From assembly GCF_000737315.1 (NCBI RefSeq), contig NZ_JMCB01000010.1, positions 248,001 to 312,000 of the forward strand: 64,000 bases of DNA. Reading direction: 5' to 3'. This document shows, one piece after another, positions 26,335-36,213 of the stretch. The notes under the pieces were generated by a model. It ran no database searches. It had not been told where the DNA came from and was given only the letters and a program-made list of their open reading frames with translations. How positions within the stretch are numbered: position 1 is the first letter of the stretch; each line of letters opens with the position of its first letter. The translations under genes and the position numbers were made by a program. Source of the DNA: Hyalangium minutum (lineage in GTDB: Bacteria > Myxococcota > Myxococcia > Myxococcales > Myxococcaceae).

Positions 26335-26409
26335 CGAGTCCTCAGCGCCCCGATGGTAGGCGCCAGAAGAGGATGGGCACCACGAGACTGCCCCATTGAG
26401 GCGGGACCT

Positions 26410-27126
26410 ATGCCAGGAAGCCAGAAGCACCAGACGGTGGATGCCCGGGAAGCCCTGCGCAAGATGCTGGCCCGAGCCATGGGGCCCGTGGCGCCCCTCG
26501 TCTCCGAGGGGGACGATGTCACCTCCCAGAAAGCAAACGAGGTCATCATCGGGTTCTTCGCCGTGGCCATCGGGGCCCTGGCCGTCGTCATCTACTTCAA
26601 GGCGCCGAAGCTCCCCTGGATGGCGGCAATCCCCCTGCTGATCGCGGCGTTCCTGGTGTTCAGCATCGTGTCGTATCGCAGGAACATGGGGAGGATCCGC
26701 AGCTCCACGGCGGAGACCCTGCTCGGTCACGGGCAGGACAACGTGGTCAACGCCATCCAACAGTTCCAGGCGGAGACCACGGTGCCGCTGCGCATCATCA
26801 TCCGGGACCACATCCCCAACATCTCGATGAACGCGCGCCTGCTCTTCGCGCAGTGCGAGAAGGAAGGGAAGCTGGACAGCCGCGGGGTGCTCTTCGTCCT
26901 GTCCGCGAAGACAGGAGGTTATGCGCTCGTGCTCGGTCAGGCGTTGGCGCGCAGCACTCCCGACCTCCTTCCTGTCTGGCACCACCTCGTGGCGTTCGGT
27001 CAGGGCCGGTACGAGGCGGGACTGATCGACTCCCTGCAGGCCCTGCGCCCCCAGCTGGCCCAGCTGTTCCCCCGGACCCAGCCGTCTTCACGGCCCGCGG
27101 CCGAGGCTCTCGACATCCGGCGCTGA
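26410..27126 (+). CDS. Membrane protein with two TM helices and a TPM-domain-like C-terminus
   Basis: Two hydrophobic helices; V..I.QF.AETT..L, GVLFVLS, G....GL...L pattern. Confidence 0.6.
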   Translation: MPGSQKHQTVDAREALRKMLARAMGPVAPLVSEGDDVTSQKANEVIIGFFAVAIGALAVVIYFKAPKLPWMAAIPLLIAAFLVFSIVSYRRNMGRIRSSTAETLLGHGQDNVVNAIQQFQAETTVPLRIIIRDHIPNISMNARLLFAQCEKEGKLDSRGVLFVLSAKTGGYALVLGQALARSTPDLLPVWHHLVAFGQGRYEAGLIDSLQALRPQLAQLFPRTQPSSRPAAEALDIRR

Positions 27127-27271
27127 GCCCGCCCCCTGCGGACCACGAAGCCTGGGGGGTGGTTGACGCCGCGCCCTGGGGGCCGCTCAGCGGCCCTTGG
27201 GGCGTGCCATCTGAAGTGGCTGCGGTGATGACGTGTGTGCGAGGATCCAGATGATGGGGAACATTGTGAGC

Positions 27272-27808
27272 ATGTCGGGAGTGCGTGGGGCGGCAAAGGG
27301 CGCCCTGCTGCTGGCGGTGCTGTTCCACGCGGTAGGCTGCGCGCGCGTGCCGCTGGCGCGGAGGGGCGAGGACGAGAAAGCCAAGCTCGCCAAGGCCCAG
27401 CCGCACACCTCGCTCCTGTACCTCTATCGAGACGAGAGCTTCGGCGGCGCCATCCTCATGACCATCGAGCTGAATGGCACGCGCGTGGGCGAGACGGCTC
27501 CCGACACCTACTTCCTCTTCGAACTGCATCCAGGCGAACACGTCATCACCGCCTACAACAAGTTCAATGATCGCTCCACGCTCGTGGTGAACACCCATCC
27601 AGGTGCGACCCATTACATCTGGCAGGAGACGAAGTGGGGCGCGCTCCTGGCCCGGCCCTTCCTGCAAGAGGTAGAGGCCGACAAGGGCGCCGAGGCAATC
27701 AAGGAGTGCCAGCTCGTGCGAGCCTTCTATATGCCCGAGGATCAGAAGCCCCGCGTTCCCTCGGGCATCATCCAGGCACGAGCCAGGAGCACTGCGGAGC
27801 CACGGTAG
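27272..27808 (+). CDS. DUF2846-domain lipoprotein
   Basis: Lipobox AVGC-A.VPLA; LYLYR.ESFGGAI.M.I.LNG..VGET...TYF..EL.PGEH.I. Confidence 0.8.
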   Translation: MSGVRGAAKGALLLAVLFHAVGCARVPLARRGEDEKAKLAKAQPHTSLLYLYRDESFGGAILMTIELNGTRVGETAPDTYFLFELHPGEHVITAYNKFNDRSTLVVNTHPGATHYIWQETKWGALLARPFLQEVEADKGAEAIKECQLVRAFYMPEDQKPRVPSGIIQARARSTAEPR

Positions 27809-28073
27809 AGTGCCCTGAGCGTCGATCCATCGATGGGTGTGCCCGCGAAGATGGAGTCGTAGCTGAACAAGACTGGTGCGAGAAGCGTTCGATGCTCGCC
27901 ACCAGACGATGCGCTGCGCCCACCTGAGCCCGGACACACGCCGAGAGGCGACAAGGATGGCCGGCACCGTGTCCGCTCCTGCGGGTGTAATGTCGGAGGG
28001 AGCAGTCTCCAACTCAACCCATCGGAGGTCGAGCTGGCGAGATGATTTGTGAGATCGCGACAGTTGCGAAACC

Positions 28074-30479
28074 TCAGTCCTCGACGAACACGGTGAGCGG
28101 CTGGCTCACCTCCGCGTGCCGGGACATGGCTGCGGTGATGACGTGCCGGCCCGGCGTCACACTCCACCGGTACTCGTGGGGATAGGCCACGGTGGCCACC
28201 GGCACTCCATCCACGAGCCACACGATCTGCTCCGTGCTCGGCGTCACCTCCGCCTCCAAGCGCAGCGTCGAGGAGGAGGCCGGAGTGTCTGGATCGAAGA
28301 GCAGCCGCACCGTGCCGCGCGGCTCCCGGATTGCCACCTTGGGCATCACGGACTCCTCACGGCTCGGGCACAACGGACTCTCCTGCCTGGGCGCGAGGTC
28401 CAGGTGCTGGCTCCTCGCCCACCGCGTGTACGTGTCCGGCAGGTCCAACATCACACGGCTGATGATTTCGGACGCAGGACACGTGGCCCCCGCCCGCAGC
28501 CCGTTGCGCCGATCCAGCTTCACCTGTGAGTGGAACGGACAGCGCTCCGTGGGCGCACTGCCGGGGAAGAACCACTCGCTCTTGCGGTGAGGACAGTCCG
28601 TGCTCGCGAGCCGGCCCGACAACGGGCAGACATCCACCGCCACCGCTCCATCGGGTGGCGGAAACACATCGAGGATCGGCTGCCAGGGCCGGTGACTCGC
28701 CATCACCCTGTCCATGATCCGGTGCGCCGCCACCGCCGCACCATTCGCTCCGCCCACGCCCCGCATGCGCCGCCAGTCGTGGTTCCCCACCCACACCGCC
28801 ACGAGCAACCGATCGCTGAACGCCACCGTCCAGGCATCACGGTAACCCTGGCTCGTGCCGGTCTTCACCGCCACGGCATAGGGAAAGTCCAAGGGTCCTC
28901 CCACCGGGAACATGGGCCGGCGTGCCTGTGGATCCGAGAGCAGATGCCGGACCAGCTGCGCCGTCTCCCGGTGGAGCAACCGCTTCGGAGCGGCCGAGGG
29001 CTCATCCACGAAGCGGCGCAGCGGCAGGCTCTCGCCCTCTCGCGCCAGGGCGCCGTACAGCCGTGCGAGTTCCTCCAACGTCACGGGCAGGTTCCCCACC
29101 GCAAGTCCCAGGCCGTACCGATCCGGCTCCCAACCGATGTCCTTCACCCCCGCGCTCTCGAAGAAACGCAGCGCGGGCTCCACGCCCACCTCCGAGAGCA
29201 CCCGGAGCGCGGGGATGTTGCGCGAGTTCGCCAGCGCCTCCCGCAGGAGCATGGGGCCCATGAAGGTGTGGTTGATGTTCTCCGGCAAATACGCCCCGAT
29301 AGAGTCACTGCGCACCTCCATCTGCGTGTCCGGGAGCTCGGAGGCGGCCGTGAATGCTCCCTTCTCCAGTCCGAGCGCATAGATGAACGGCTTGAGCGCC
29401 GAGCCCGGTGAGCGCTTCGTCACCACGAAGTCGATGGCGCCCTTGTGCTCCTCGGAGAAGAAGTCCCGCGAGCCCACCCACGCGAGGATGTCGCCCGTGG
29501 CCGTGTCCACCACCAGCGCGGAGGTGTTCCCCGCCCCCGAGTCCTCGATCCGCCGCAGGTTGTCACGGAGGATCGAGGCCACCTGCTCCTGGATCTCCAG
29601 ATCGAGCGTCGCCACAGAGATGGGAGCCTGTCGGCGCTTCGCCTGCGCGCTCCACTCCAGCACGGCGTGCATGGCCTCAGGCTGGCGGCGTGGACGAGAC
29701 ATCAATCCCAGGTCCGCCTGGAGCGCCTGATGAAGTTCCTCAACCGTCAGGAAACCCTTGTTCCGAAGCTCCCGCAGGATCCGGTGGCTGCGCTTCCGCG
29801 CGCGCTTCAGCCCGTCCGGAGTGAAGGGGTTCATGCGCCCCGGCATCTGCGGCAGCCCGGCAAGGAAGGCCGCCTGGGCCCACGAGAGATCCTCCACTGG
29901 CTTGTCGAAGTACAGCCGCGAGGCGCGGGCCACCCCGTGCGCCCGGTTCCCGTACGGCGCGAACGTCAGGTACTGGCGCAGCACCTGCTCGTGTCCGTGC
30001 CCTCGGATGAGCAACAGCGCCTCCAAGGCCTCCGCGGCCTTCCGCGGCAAGGTGCGGTCTCCCGGAGACTGAATGCGCGCCACCTGCATCGCGAGCGTGG
30101 ACGCGCCCGAGATGACCCGGCCATTCCTCACATTCTGCAGGACCGCGCGCCCCACGGAGGGCAGGTACACGCCGGGGTGCTCGTAGAAGTACTGGTCCTC
30201 GGTGACGAGCGTCGCCGCGACCACCCGCTCGGGCATGACGTAAGGCAGCGGCCAATACCCCAGCTCTCCATCTCCCGCGGGCACCTCGCCGAGGTACCGG
30301 CCCCGACGATCGAGGATGAGCCGAGAGGGCTCCACGGAGTGGAGCGTGTCGTCCAGCGCGCGGACGTACAGCCCCGCGGCACCGGCCAGCAGCATCGTGA
30401 GCACCGCCCACGTCCGCTTCGATCGCAGCCGAGGTGTGAGGCGCCGAAGGAACGCCATCGCTGTGCGCTTAGTGCTCAT
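28074..30479 (-). CDS. pbpC: Penicillin-binding protein 1C (transglycosylase + transpeptidase + C-terminal domain)
   Basis: TG motifs EDQYFYEHPGV, SGASTLAMQVAR; TP motifs SALK, SRN, KTGTS; C-terminal WLVDG module; directly follows the alpha-2-macroglobulin gene. Confidence 0.92.
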   Translation of the reverse strand: MSTKRTAMAFLRRLTPRLRSKRTWAVLTMLLAGAAGLYVRALDDTLHSVEPSRLILDRRGRYLGEVPAGDGELGYWPLPYVMPERVVAATLVTEDQYFYEHPGVYLPSVGRAVLQNVRNGRVISGASTLAMQVARIQSPGDRTLPRKAAEALEALLLIRGHGHEQVLRQYLTFAPYGNRAHGVARASRLYFDKPVEDLSWAQAAFLAGLPQMPGRMNPFTPDGLKRARKRSHRILRELRNKGFLTVEELHQALQADLGLMSRPRRQPEAMHAVLEWSAQAKRRQAPISVATLDLEIQEQVASILRDNLRRIEDSGAGNTSALVVDTATGDILAWVGSRDFFSEEHKGAIDFVVTKRSPGSALKPFIYALGLEKGAFTAASELPDTQMEVRSDSIGAYLPENINHTFMGPMLLREALANSRNIPALRVLSEVGVEPALRFFESAGVKDIGWEPDRYGLGLAVGNLPVTLEELARLYGALAREGESLPLRRFVDEPSAAPKRLLHRETAQLVRHLLSDPQARRPMFPVGGPLDFPYAVAVKTGTSQGYRDAWTVAFSDRLLVAVWVGNHDWRRMRGVGGANGAAVAAHRIMDRVMASHRPWQPILDVFPPPDGAVAVDVCPLSGRLASTDCPHRKSEWFFPGSAPTERCPFHSQVKLDRRNGLRAGATCPASEIISRVMLDLPDTYTRWARSQHLDLAPRQESPLCPSREESVMPKVAIREPRGTVRLLFDPDTPASSSTLRLEAEVTPSTEQIVWLVDGVPVATVAYPHEYRWSVTPGRHVITAAMSRHAEVSQPLTVFVED

Positions 30480-33400
30480 TGGCTCCCTGGATCACGACGC
30501 GCAGGCCCTCGCCACGGCCGCGAACCTCCTCGCGGTACATCTGCTCGGCATAGGCCGCGGGATGAACGAACGAGCCCTCCGTCGCCGCGCGGACGCGGAA
30601 GTGGAACGTATGGGTGCCCTTGGGCAGTTGCAGGAAGTAGTAGCGGACCTCGTGGTCCAGCCGCTGCACGTACGCCGGTGAGATCGAGTCCTCCTGAGAG
30701 GGCTTCGCGTCCGAGCCCGCGTTCTCGAGCGCGGGGTTGAGCGGCTCGAGCCCCGCGGCGAATGGCACCACGAACGCGACATGAGGCCGCGCCTGATCGT
30801 TCACCAGCTGCGCATGGATCTCGAGGATGTCCCCCACCTTCAGCGTCTGCGTCTCCCCGGCCTTGTCCTGGAAGCGGGTCTGGTCCGAGCCATCCGCGTG
30901 CAGGTGCGTCGCGCCGCGGGAGACGAGGAACCCGCGCTGGATCGACGTCACCTTGTCGCCCGACACGGCAGGCACGTACTGGTACGCAACGCGCACCCCC
31001 ACAGGCCCGCCCGTCACCGTGGCCTCCAGCGGCTTGTCCGAGACAATGGAAGCCTTCGCCGTCTTGGTCTCCCCGTTCACGGTGAGCGTCTTGCCGGACG
31101 AGAGGGCGATGGTGGAGTTGGGCACGTTGGGCTTGGCGCGCTCCAGGTAGATGGCCAGCGCGGCGATGGCGCGCCGGTTCTCATAGGTGCTGGGGAAGCC
31201 CTTGGTGGCGTTGGCGTAGGAGAGCAGCGCGTCTCTCACCAGATCGTGCCGGGGATCGGTGGGGTCCAGCCGCAAGAGGGCCTCGAAGACGGCGGCGACC
31301 ATGGCGGGCTCGGACGAGAGATAGCCATAGCCCCAGTAGTTGCGGCCCTGCTTGATACCCTCGAAGACCTGCTTGCCGCGGCTGAGCTTGATGATCACCC
31401 GGTCCCACAGCTCGCTCTTCAGCGCGTCCAGGTTGGTCCGGTAGACCTTCGGCTGCAGCGACATGGCGCTGGCCAGGTCCGCCAGCGCCATTGCATCCAT
31501 GTGCTCGCGCTCGTGGAACAGCCCGACGAGGTAGTGCTCGTCCATCGAGCCAGCCCAGGAGAGCGCCCGGAGCGCGGAGACCTGCTGGTTGTAGCGCCAA
31601 TCCGGGATCAGCCCTGGGTAGTCACTGCGCAGCACGCGCTGGAGCGATGCGGTCGCGCGCTCCAGGAGCTTCCCGTCCACCGGAATTCCGGCGCGCCGGG
31701 CGGCCTGCAGGAACTCCACCGCCTGAGACGTCACCTGCACATCGCCAGGGCCGCCAGGCCAGAACGCGAACAGGCCGCTCGAGTCCTGATAGGTGGGCAT
31801 CTCCTCCTGGAGCCGCTTCACGTGGAGGCCGAGCTGCTTCGTGAACGGGGTCTCCACGCCGAGCTGCTTGAAGAGGAGGCTCTGCACCACGTCCGGGTAG
31901 AGCTTCGACATCTTCTGCTCGAGGCAGCCGTGCGGGTACGCCGCGAGGTACTCCACACCCGAGAAGAGCTCGAGCACGCCTGGGATGGACGAGGCGACCA
32001 CCTCCTGGGAGGCCGTGCCGGGCCGGGTGGGCTCGGGGATGGCCTTCAGCGCCGTCTTCCCCGCCTTCAGCGTGTCGAAGTATGCGAACTGCTCGGCGAC
32101 GCGATCAGGGAGCACGGGCAGCTGCACCTCGAACGCGTCCCCAGCCTTGTCGGCCTTGCGCTCCACATCCACGCGGACGGTGAGCGTGTGGGGCTTGGAC
32201 ACGTCCGCCTCCTTCACCTGGATGGGTGTGACGAACGACATCGCCTTGTTGAGCTGCAGCTCCACGGCCTGGTTGAAGGGCCTGGCCTCCACCGGCCCCG
32301 AGAGACGGATGCTCACCGCGCCCGGGCCGCCGTTGCCCTCGACGACGCGCCCCACCGCTCCGCCCCAGAACCGGTCGCCCTGGCGGACGAAGCGCGGCAG
32401 CTGCGGCTGCACCAGCACTGGCAGCCGCACCTTGAGCGTCTGCTGCTTGAACCCGAACCGCTGTGCCCCGGACGCCGCCACCGCGCGCACTCGGAAGTTG
32501 GTCAGGTCATCCGAGAGCGGCACCTCCACCGTGAGCCGGCCAGACGCAGGCACCTGCACGGTCGCCTGGTAGTAAGGCACGGTCTGGAAGTTCTTCCGCA
32601 CGATGCGCTTGCCGCTCATCACATTGGCCTCTTCCTCGTCGCCATCGCCGCCCGGATCCTCCTGCTCGAAGAGCTTTCCCACCAGGCTGTTGCGCGTGTC
32701 CCTCAACGTGGTGCCCCGGGCGTTCCGGGTGATGAACGCGCTCAGCGGATCCAGCGGACCTTCGGGCGCCAACGAGAGCACGGCCTCGTCCACGAGCCAC
32801 AGCGTCACCTCGCCCGCCAGCGGCGCGCCCTTCTCATCCTTGAGCGACAGCTCCACGGGGATCTTCGTCCCAGGCCGCGCCGTGTCCGGATGCTTGAGGT
32901 CCACCAGCACTTGATTGCGGATGGGCTCCACCTCGATGTCGATCGACGCCCCGAGCGTCTGCGGCCGGTACCGGGCGTCCTCCGTCTTCCCCTCCCCCAG
33001 CCGGCCACGCATGAGCGCCACGTGCACGGCGATGTTCGGAACGTGGTTGCCCTTGATGGGCAGCTCGTACACCGCCTTGCCGCCGGAGACCTCGCGCCAG
33101 GTGTACGTGTTGCCGCCCGGCTCCTCGACAACGACCAGCGCGCGGCCCTGCTGGAACGGGCTCTGGATGATGATGCGCGCGGTGTCCCCCGGCCGGTACT
33201 TGGGCTTGTCCGTGGCCAGCTCGAAGACGCCCTGGCGCGGCTTCTTCCACGCCATCGGCGTCTGCCCGCCCACATACAGGTCCGCCGAGAGCGTCTGCAC
33301 CCGGCCCAGCTTGTCGCGGGCGACCAGCTCCACCACGTACACGCCCGCCTCCTTGAGCCCGAACGTGGGCGACACTGGCTGCATGTCCGTCGTCACCACC

Positions 33401-36213
33401 TGCTCGCTCAGCTTCACATCCTCCTGCTCCGTCACGTACCGGGCGTCGCCGGTGGCGAAGTGCGTCTCGCGGAGCTGGCTGTGCCAGACGCGCCGGAACA
33501 GCCGCACCGTCACCTCCTGGCCCTTGATGGACTTGTCATCCACGCCCACGGCGACGATCTCCGGCTTCAGCTCGAAGGGCTTGTCCGAGTAGCGCGGCAG
33601 CTTCATGCCCAGCACGAAGGGCGGCAGCGCCTTCACCTCCGTGACGGCGGACACCGGCTGGTTGTCCGCGCCCGTCACCGTGGCCTCGAAGCGGTAGACT
33701 CGGGCGCTGCCGTCCAGGTCCAGCGCCGGGTTCACCTGGATCTCGTCCGCACCGCCCTCGTCCAGCTCCGCGTTCCGGCGGATGCTCTCCGGGGCGCGGC
33801 TCTGGCCCTCGCGGGCGAACTGGGTGCTCGACGCGAAGAGGAACCCCTCCCGGCCCTTCGGCACGTAGTAGTGCGGCCGGCGCGTCACCGTCCACGCGAT
33901 GGGCTGCCCCGCGACGTTGCCGCCCGCGTAGTAGCGCGCCACCGCCTTCACCTTGAACGGCGCGTCCAGCCGCACGGTGCTCGCCGCCGAGAGCTGCACC
34001 TCGAACTGCGGGACGCGGTAGGCCTCGATCTGGAACGAGCGCCGGGCCACCTCGGTCCCCGTGCGCGTCCCCACCAGGACGGCGTGGAACTCTCCCGTAG
34101 GCACGTTCTTTTCGTCGAACTCCGCGGAGACGCCCAACGCCGAGACCTTCGTCTCCAGCTGCCAGTGCTGATCCCCTGGCCCATCGACCCGCACCACATA
34201 GTCCTCGAGGTCTCCAGCGAGCCGCAGCTCTCCTCCGACCTTCCGCCGCGCGAAGCCCTTGATAAAGACCTTCTCACCGGGCTTGTAGATGGGCCGCTCG
34301 GTGAAGATGAACCCGAGCAGCGCATCGTTCCGAGGCGGAGGGATTTGCTGGCCAATCCACTCGAGGAACCCGGACGACGGGGACCAGTGGTTCTGCGCGA
34401 AGGCGGCGGGTGGCTCGCGCGGATCCAACACGAGGATGTCTTCACCGCTCTGGACCGAGATGCGCTTGATGCTCTCCCAGTCCGTCTGAGGCCCCAGCAT
34501 CGCACGCCCGCCCTCGTCCGTGGTGAGCGGCAGCGCGAACGGCACGGAGATCGTCCCCCCATAGTTCTTCGGATCTGGTGCGCGGCGCATGCCTTCAATG
34601 ACGATCTTCGCGCCACGGATCTCGCGGGCCTCATCCAGGCTACGAACGAAGAACAGGGCGCGTTCGCGCTCCTCTACCGCCGTGAGAGAGAGGTTCGTCA
34701 CCTGCACGCGGACATAGGCCCGCTCGGGCGCCCCCGTGAGCCGACGCAGGCCCACGAGGTACGAGCCCGGACGCTGGCGGCCCACGGCCTCATCCAGCAG
34801 GGGTCCCAGATCGAGGCCGAACGCCGTCGTCCCACTCTTGCTCGCGAGCGGCAGGTCCACCACCCGGGAGATCAGCGGCGAGCCCAGCAACCGCACATGA
34901 GCCTGCAGCTCTTCCGCTCCGATGTAGCCCGCGGTGTTGGCGGGCGTGGACGGCTCCTCCCCCGGGAACGGCGGCGCACTCTCCTCGTTGATGACAACGG
35001 GGCGCGCAGGAAAAGGCCAGAGGCCCTCGTGGAGCGGATCGATCCGGTAGATGCGCACGTCCGCACGCGCATCCCCGTAGCCCTGGAGCGGCAACATCCG
35101 AGGCCCCTTGGACTCGATGATCGCCTGCGACTGGCCCCAGCGCAGGAACGGGGCCTTCCACCCGAGGTGGAAGAACACCTTCACATCCCCGGGATCGCGC
35201 AGCGGGCGGCCGCTGTCGTCCCGGATCGGCGCGGAGGCGATCCGCATCTGGTAGAGCGTGTCCGGGACGAACTTGCCGCGCAGCGCAACGCGGCTGCCGT
35301 AGCTCTCGAAGTGCATGTCCGGCACGGCGGGCTCCAGGCGCACCAGCTTCTTGAGCGCGGTGAGCGTCAGGTCCTGCACGTTCGCGGAGAAGACGAGCTG
35401 CGGCAGATCACCCTGGTTGCCACACGAGAGCGCCATGTCCCGAGGCACCGAGGCCCCACCCACCAGCGCGAATGTGGCGGAGCTGCACTGGACGGACTGG
35501 AGGTGGAACGCGGGACGGGTGGACAGCCGGCCCGTCCAGAGCATCTTGTCCTCGTCCCCGAGCGCCAGGCTCACCGTCACCCGGAGCTGCTTGCCCTCGG
35601 GCACGTCCTCGTCGAGCGTGACGGCGTAGACAGCCGGGCTGCGCTGGTTGTCCCGAGGCAGCTGCGAGAGGTTGAAGTCCTTCACCACCCGCGTGGGCGA
35701 GTCGGCCAGCCCAGGCAGGTCGCGGATCTCCAGCTTGAGCATCTGCTTGAGCGCGGCGAGCGGCAGCGGCTGCGGGAACGTGAGGGTCAGCGTGCGAAAC
35801 GGCCTCAGGTCCGTGCTGCCCGCGTGGGGAGCCATGGTGGACGGCGCGGACATCATCGTCGTCAGCACCTTGCGCGCGCCGCGGGTCTCGAAGGCGAAGC
35901 GCTGCAGCGGAGGCCACGGCTCGGCAGGCCGGAACTGGAGCGTCTTCTTGTCCGCCCAGAAGTACTGGCCGGGCCACGAGGGTGTGATCTTCAGCAGCTT
36001 CGCCCCGTCGTCCGCCGGACGCTTGCCGGGGCCCTCGTTGTCGGGGAAGTACACGGTCACCGGGTCGAACCCGCGCAGGAACTGCTCGGGGAGGATCCGG
36101 GTGGAGCCGCCCTCGGGACGCTGGCTCTCGTCAGCAGGGCGGTAGTCCTGGGCCGCCGCGGGGAAGACCGCGAGCAGGACCAGGAGCATGGTGGCTCTCG
36201 GGAAGACGGACAT
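30469..36213 (-). CDS. Bacterial alpha-2-macroglobulin with intact thioester motif
   Basis: FIFTERPIYKPGE, AYRVPQFEV, VTLWLVDEAVLSL, SDDLTNFRVRAVA, YPHGCLEQ thioester, VPFAAGLEPLNP, RAATEGSFVHPAAYAEQMY; ATG overlaps upstream TGA (TGATG). Confidence 0.93.
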   Translation of the reverse strand: MSVFPRATMLLVLLAVFPAAAQDYRPADESQRPEGGSTRILPEQFLRGFDPVTVYFPDNEGPGKRPADDGAKLLKITPSWPGQYFWADKKTLQFRPAEPWPPLQRFAFETRGARKVLTTMMSAPSTMAPHAGSTDLRPFRTLTLTFPQPLPLAALKQMLKLEIRDLPGLADSPTRVVKDFNLSQLPRDNQRSPAVYAVTLDEDVPEGKQLRVTVSLALGDEDKMLWTGRLSTRPAFHLQSVQCSSATFALVGGASVPRDMALSCGNQGDLPQLVFSANVQDLTLTALKKLVRLEPAVPDMHFESYGSRVALRGKFVPDTLYQMRIASAPIRDDSGRPLRDPGDVKVFFHLGWKAPFLRWGQSQAIIESKGPRMLPLQGYGDARADVRIYRIDPLHEGLWPFPARPVVINEESAPPFPGEEPSTPANTAGYIGAEELQAHVRLLGSPLISRVVDLPLASKSGTTAFGLDLGPLLDEAVGRQRPGSYLVGLRRLTGAPERAYVRVQVTNLSLTAVEERERALFFVRSLDEAREIRGAKIVIEGMRRAPDPKNYGGTISVPFALPLTTDEGGRAMLGPQTDWESIKRISVQSGEDILVLDPREPPAAFAQNHWSPSSGFLEWIGQQIPPPRNDALLGFIFTERPIYKPGEKVFIKGFARRKVGGELRLAGDLEDYVVRVDGPGDQHWQLETKVSALGVSAEFDEKNVPTGEFHAVLVGTRTGTEVARRSFQIEAYRVPQFEVQLSAASTVRLDAPFKVKAVARYYAGGNVAGQPIAWTVTRRPHYYVPKGREGFLFASSTQFAREGQSRAPESIRRNAELDEGGADEIQVNPALDLDGSARVYRFEATVTGADNQPVSAVTEVKALPPFVLGMKLPRYSDKPFELKPEIVAVGVDDKSIKGQEVTVRLFRRVWHSQLRETHFATGDARYVTEQEDVKLSEQVVTTDMQPVSPTFGLKEAGVYVVELVARDKLGRVQTLSADLYVGGQTPMAWKKPRQGVFELATDKPKYRPGDTARIIIQSPFQQGRALVVVEEPGGNTYTWREVSGGKAVYELPIKGNHVPNIAVHVALMRGRLGEGKTEDARYRPQTLGASIDIEVEPIRNQVLVDLKHPDTARPGTKIPVELSLKDEKGAPLAGEVTLWLVDEAVLSLAPEGPLDPLSAFITRNARGTTLRDTRNSLVGKLFEQEDPGGDGDEEEANVMSGKRIVRKNFQTVPYYQATVQVPASGRLTVEVPLSDDLTNFRVRAVAASGAQRFGFKQQTLKVRLPVLVQPQLPRFVRQGDRFWGGAVGRVVEGNGGPGAVSIRLSGPVEARPFNQAVELQLNKAMSFVTPIQVKEADVSKPHTLTVRVDVERKADKAGDAFEVQLPVLPDRVAEQFAYFDTLKAGKTALKAIPEPTRPGTASQEVVASSIPGVLELFSGVEYLAAYPHGCLEQKMSKLYPDVVQSLLFKQLGVETPFTKQLGLHVKRLQEEMPTYQDSSGLFAFWPGGPGDVQVTSQAVEFLQAARRAGIPVDGKLLERATASLQRVLRSDYPGLIPDWRYNQQVSALRALSWAGSMDEHYLVGLFHEREHMDAMALADLASAMSLQPKVYRTNLDALKSELWDRVIIKLSRGKQVFEGIKQGRNYWGYGYLSSEPAMVAAVFEALLRLDPTDPRHDLVRDALLSYANATKGFPSTYENRRAIAALAIYLERAKPNVPNSTIALSSGKTLTVNGETKTAKASIVSDKPLEATVTGGPVGVRVAYQYVPAVSGDKVTSIQRGFLVSRGATHLHADGSDQTRFQDKAGETQTLKVGDILEIHAQLVNDQARPHVAFVVPFAAGLEPLNPALENAGSDAKPSQEDSISPAYVQRLDHEVRYYFLQLPKGTHTFHFRVRAATEGSFVHPAAYAEQMYREEVRGRGEGLRVVIQGANEH

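Noticed and set aside
27218-28145. 18-bp match GGCTGCGGTGATGACGTG at about 27218 and 28128
   Set aside because: About one such match is expected by chance in 64 kb at this GC content; one copy is within pbpC coding sequence; no TSD or att context.
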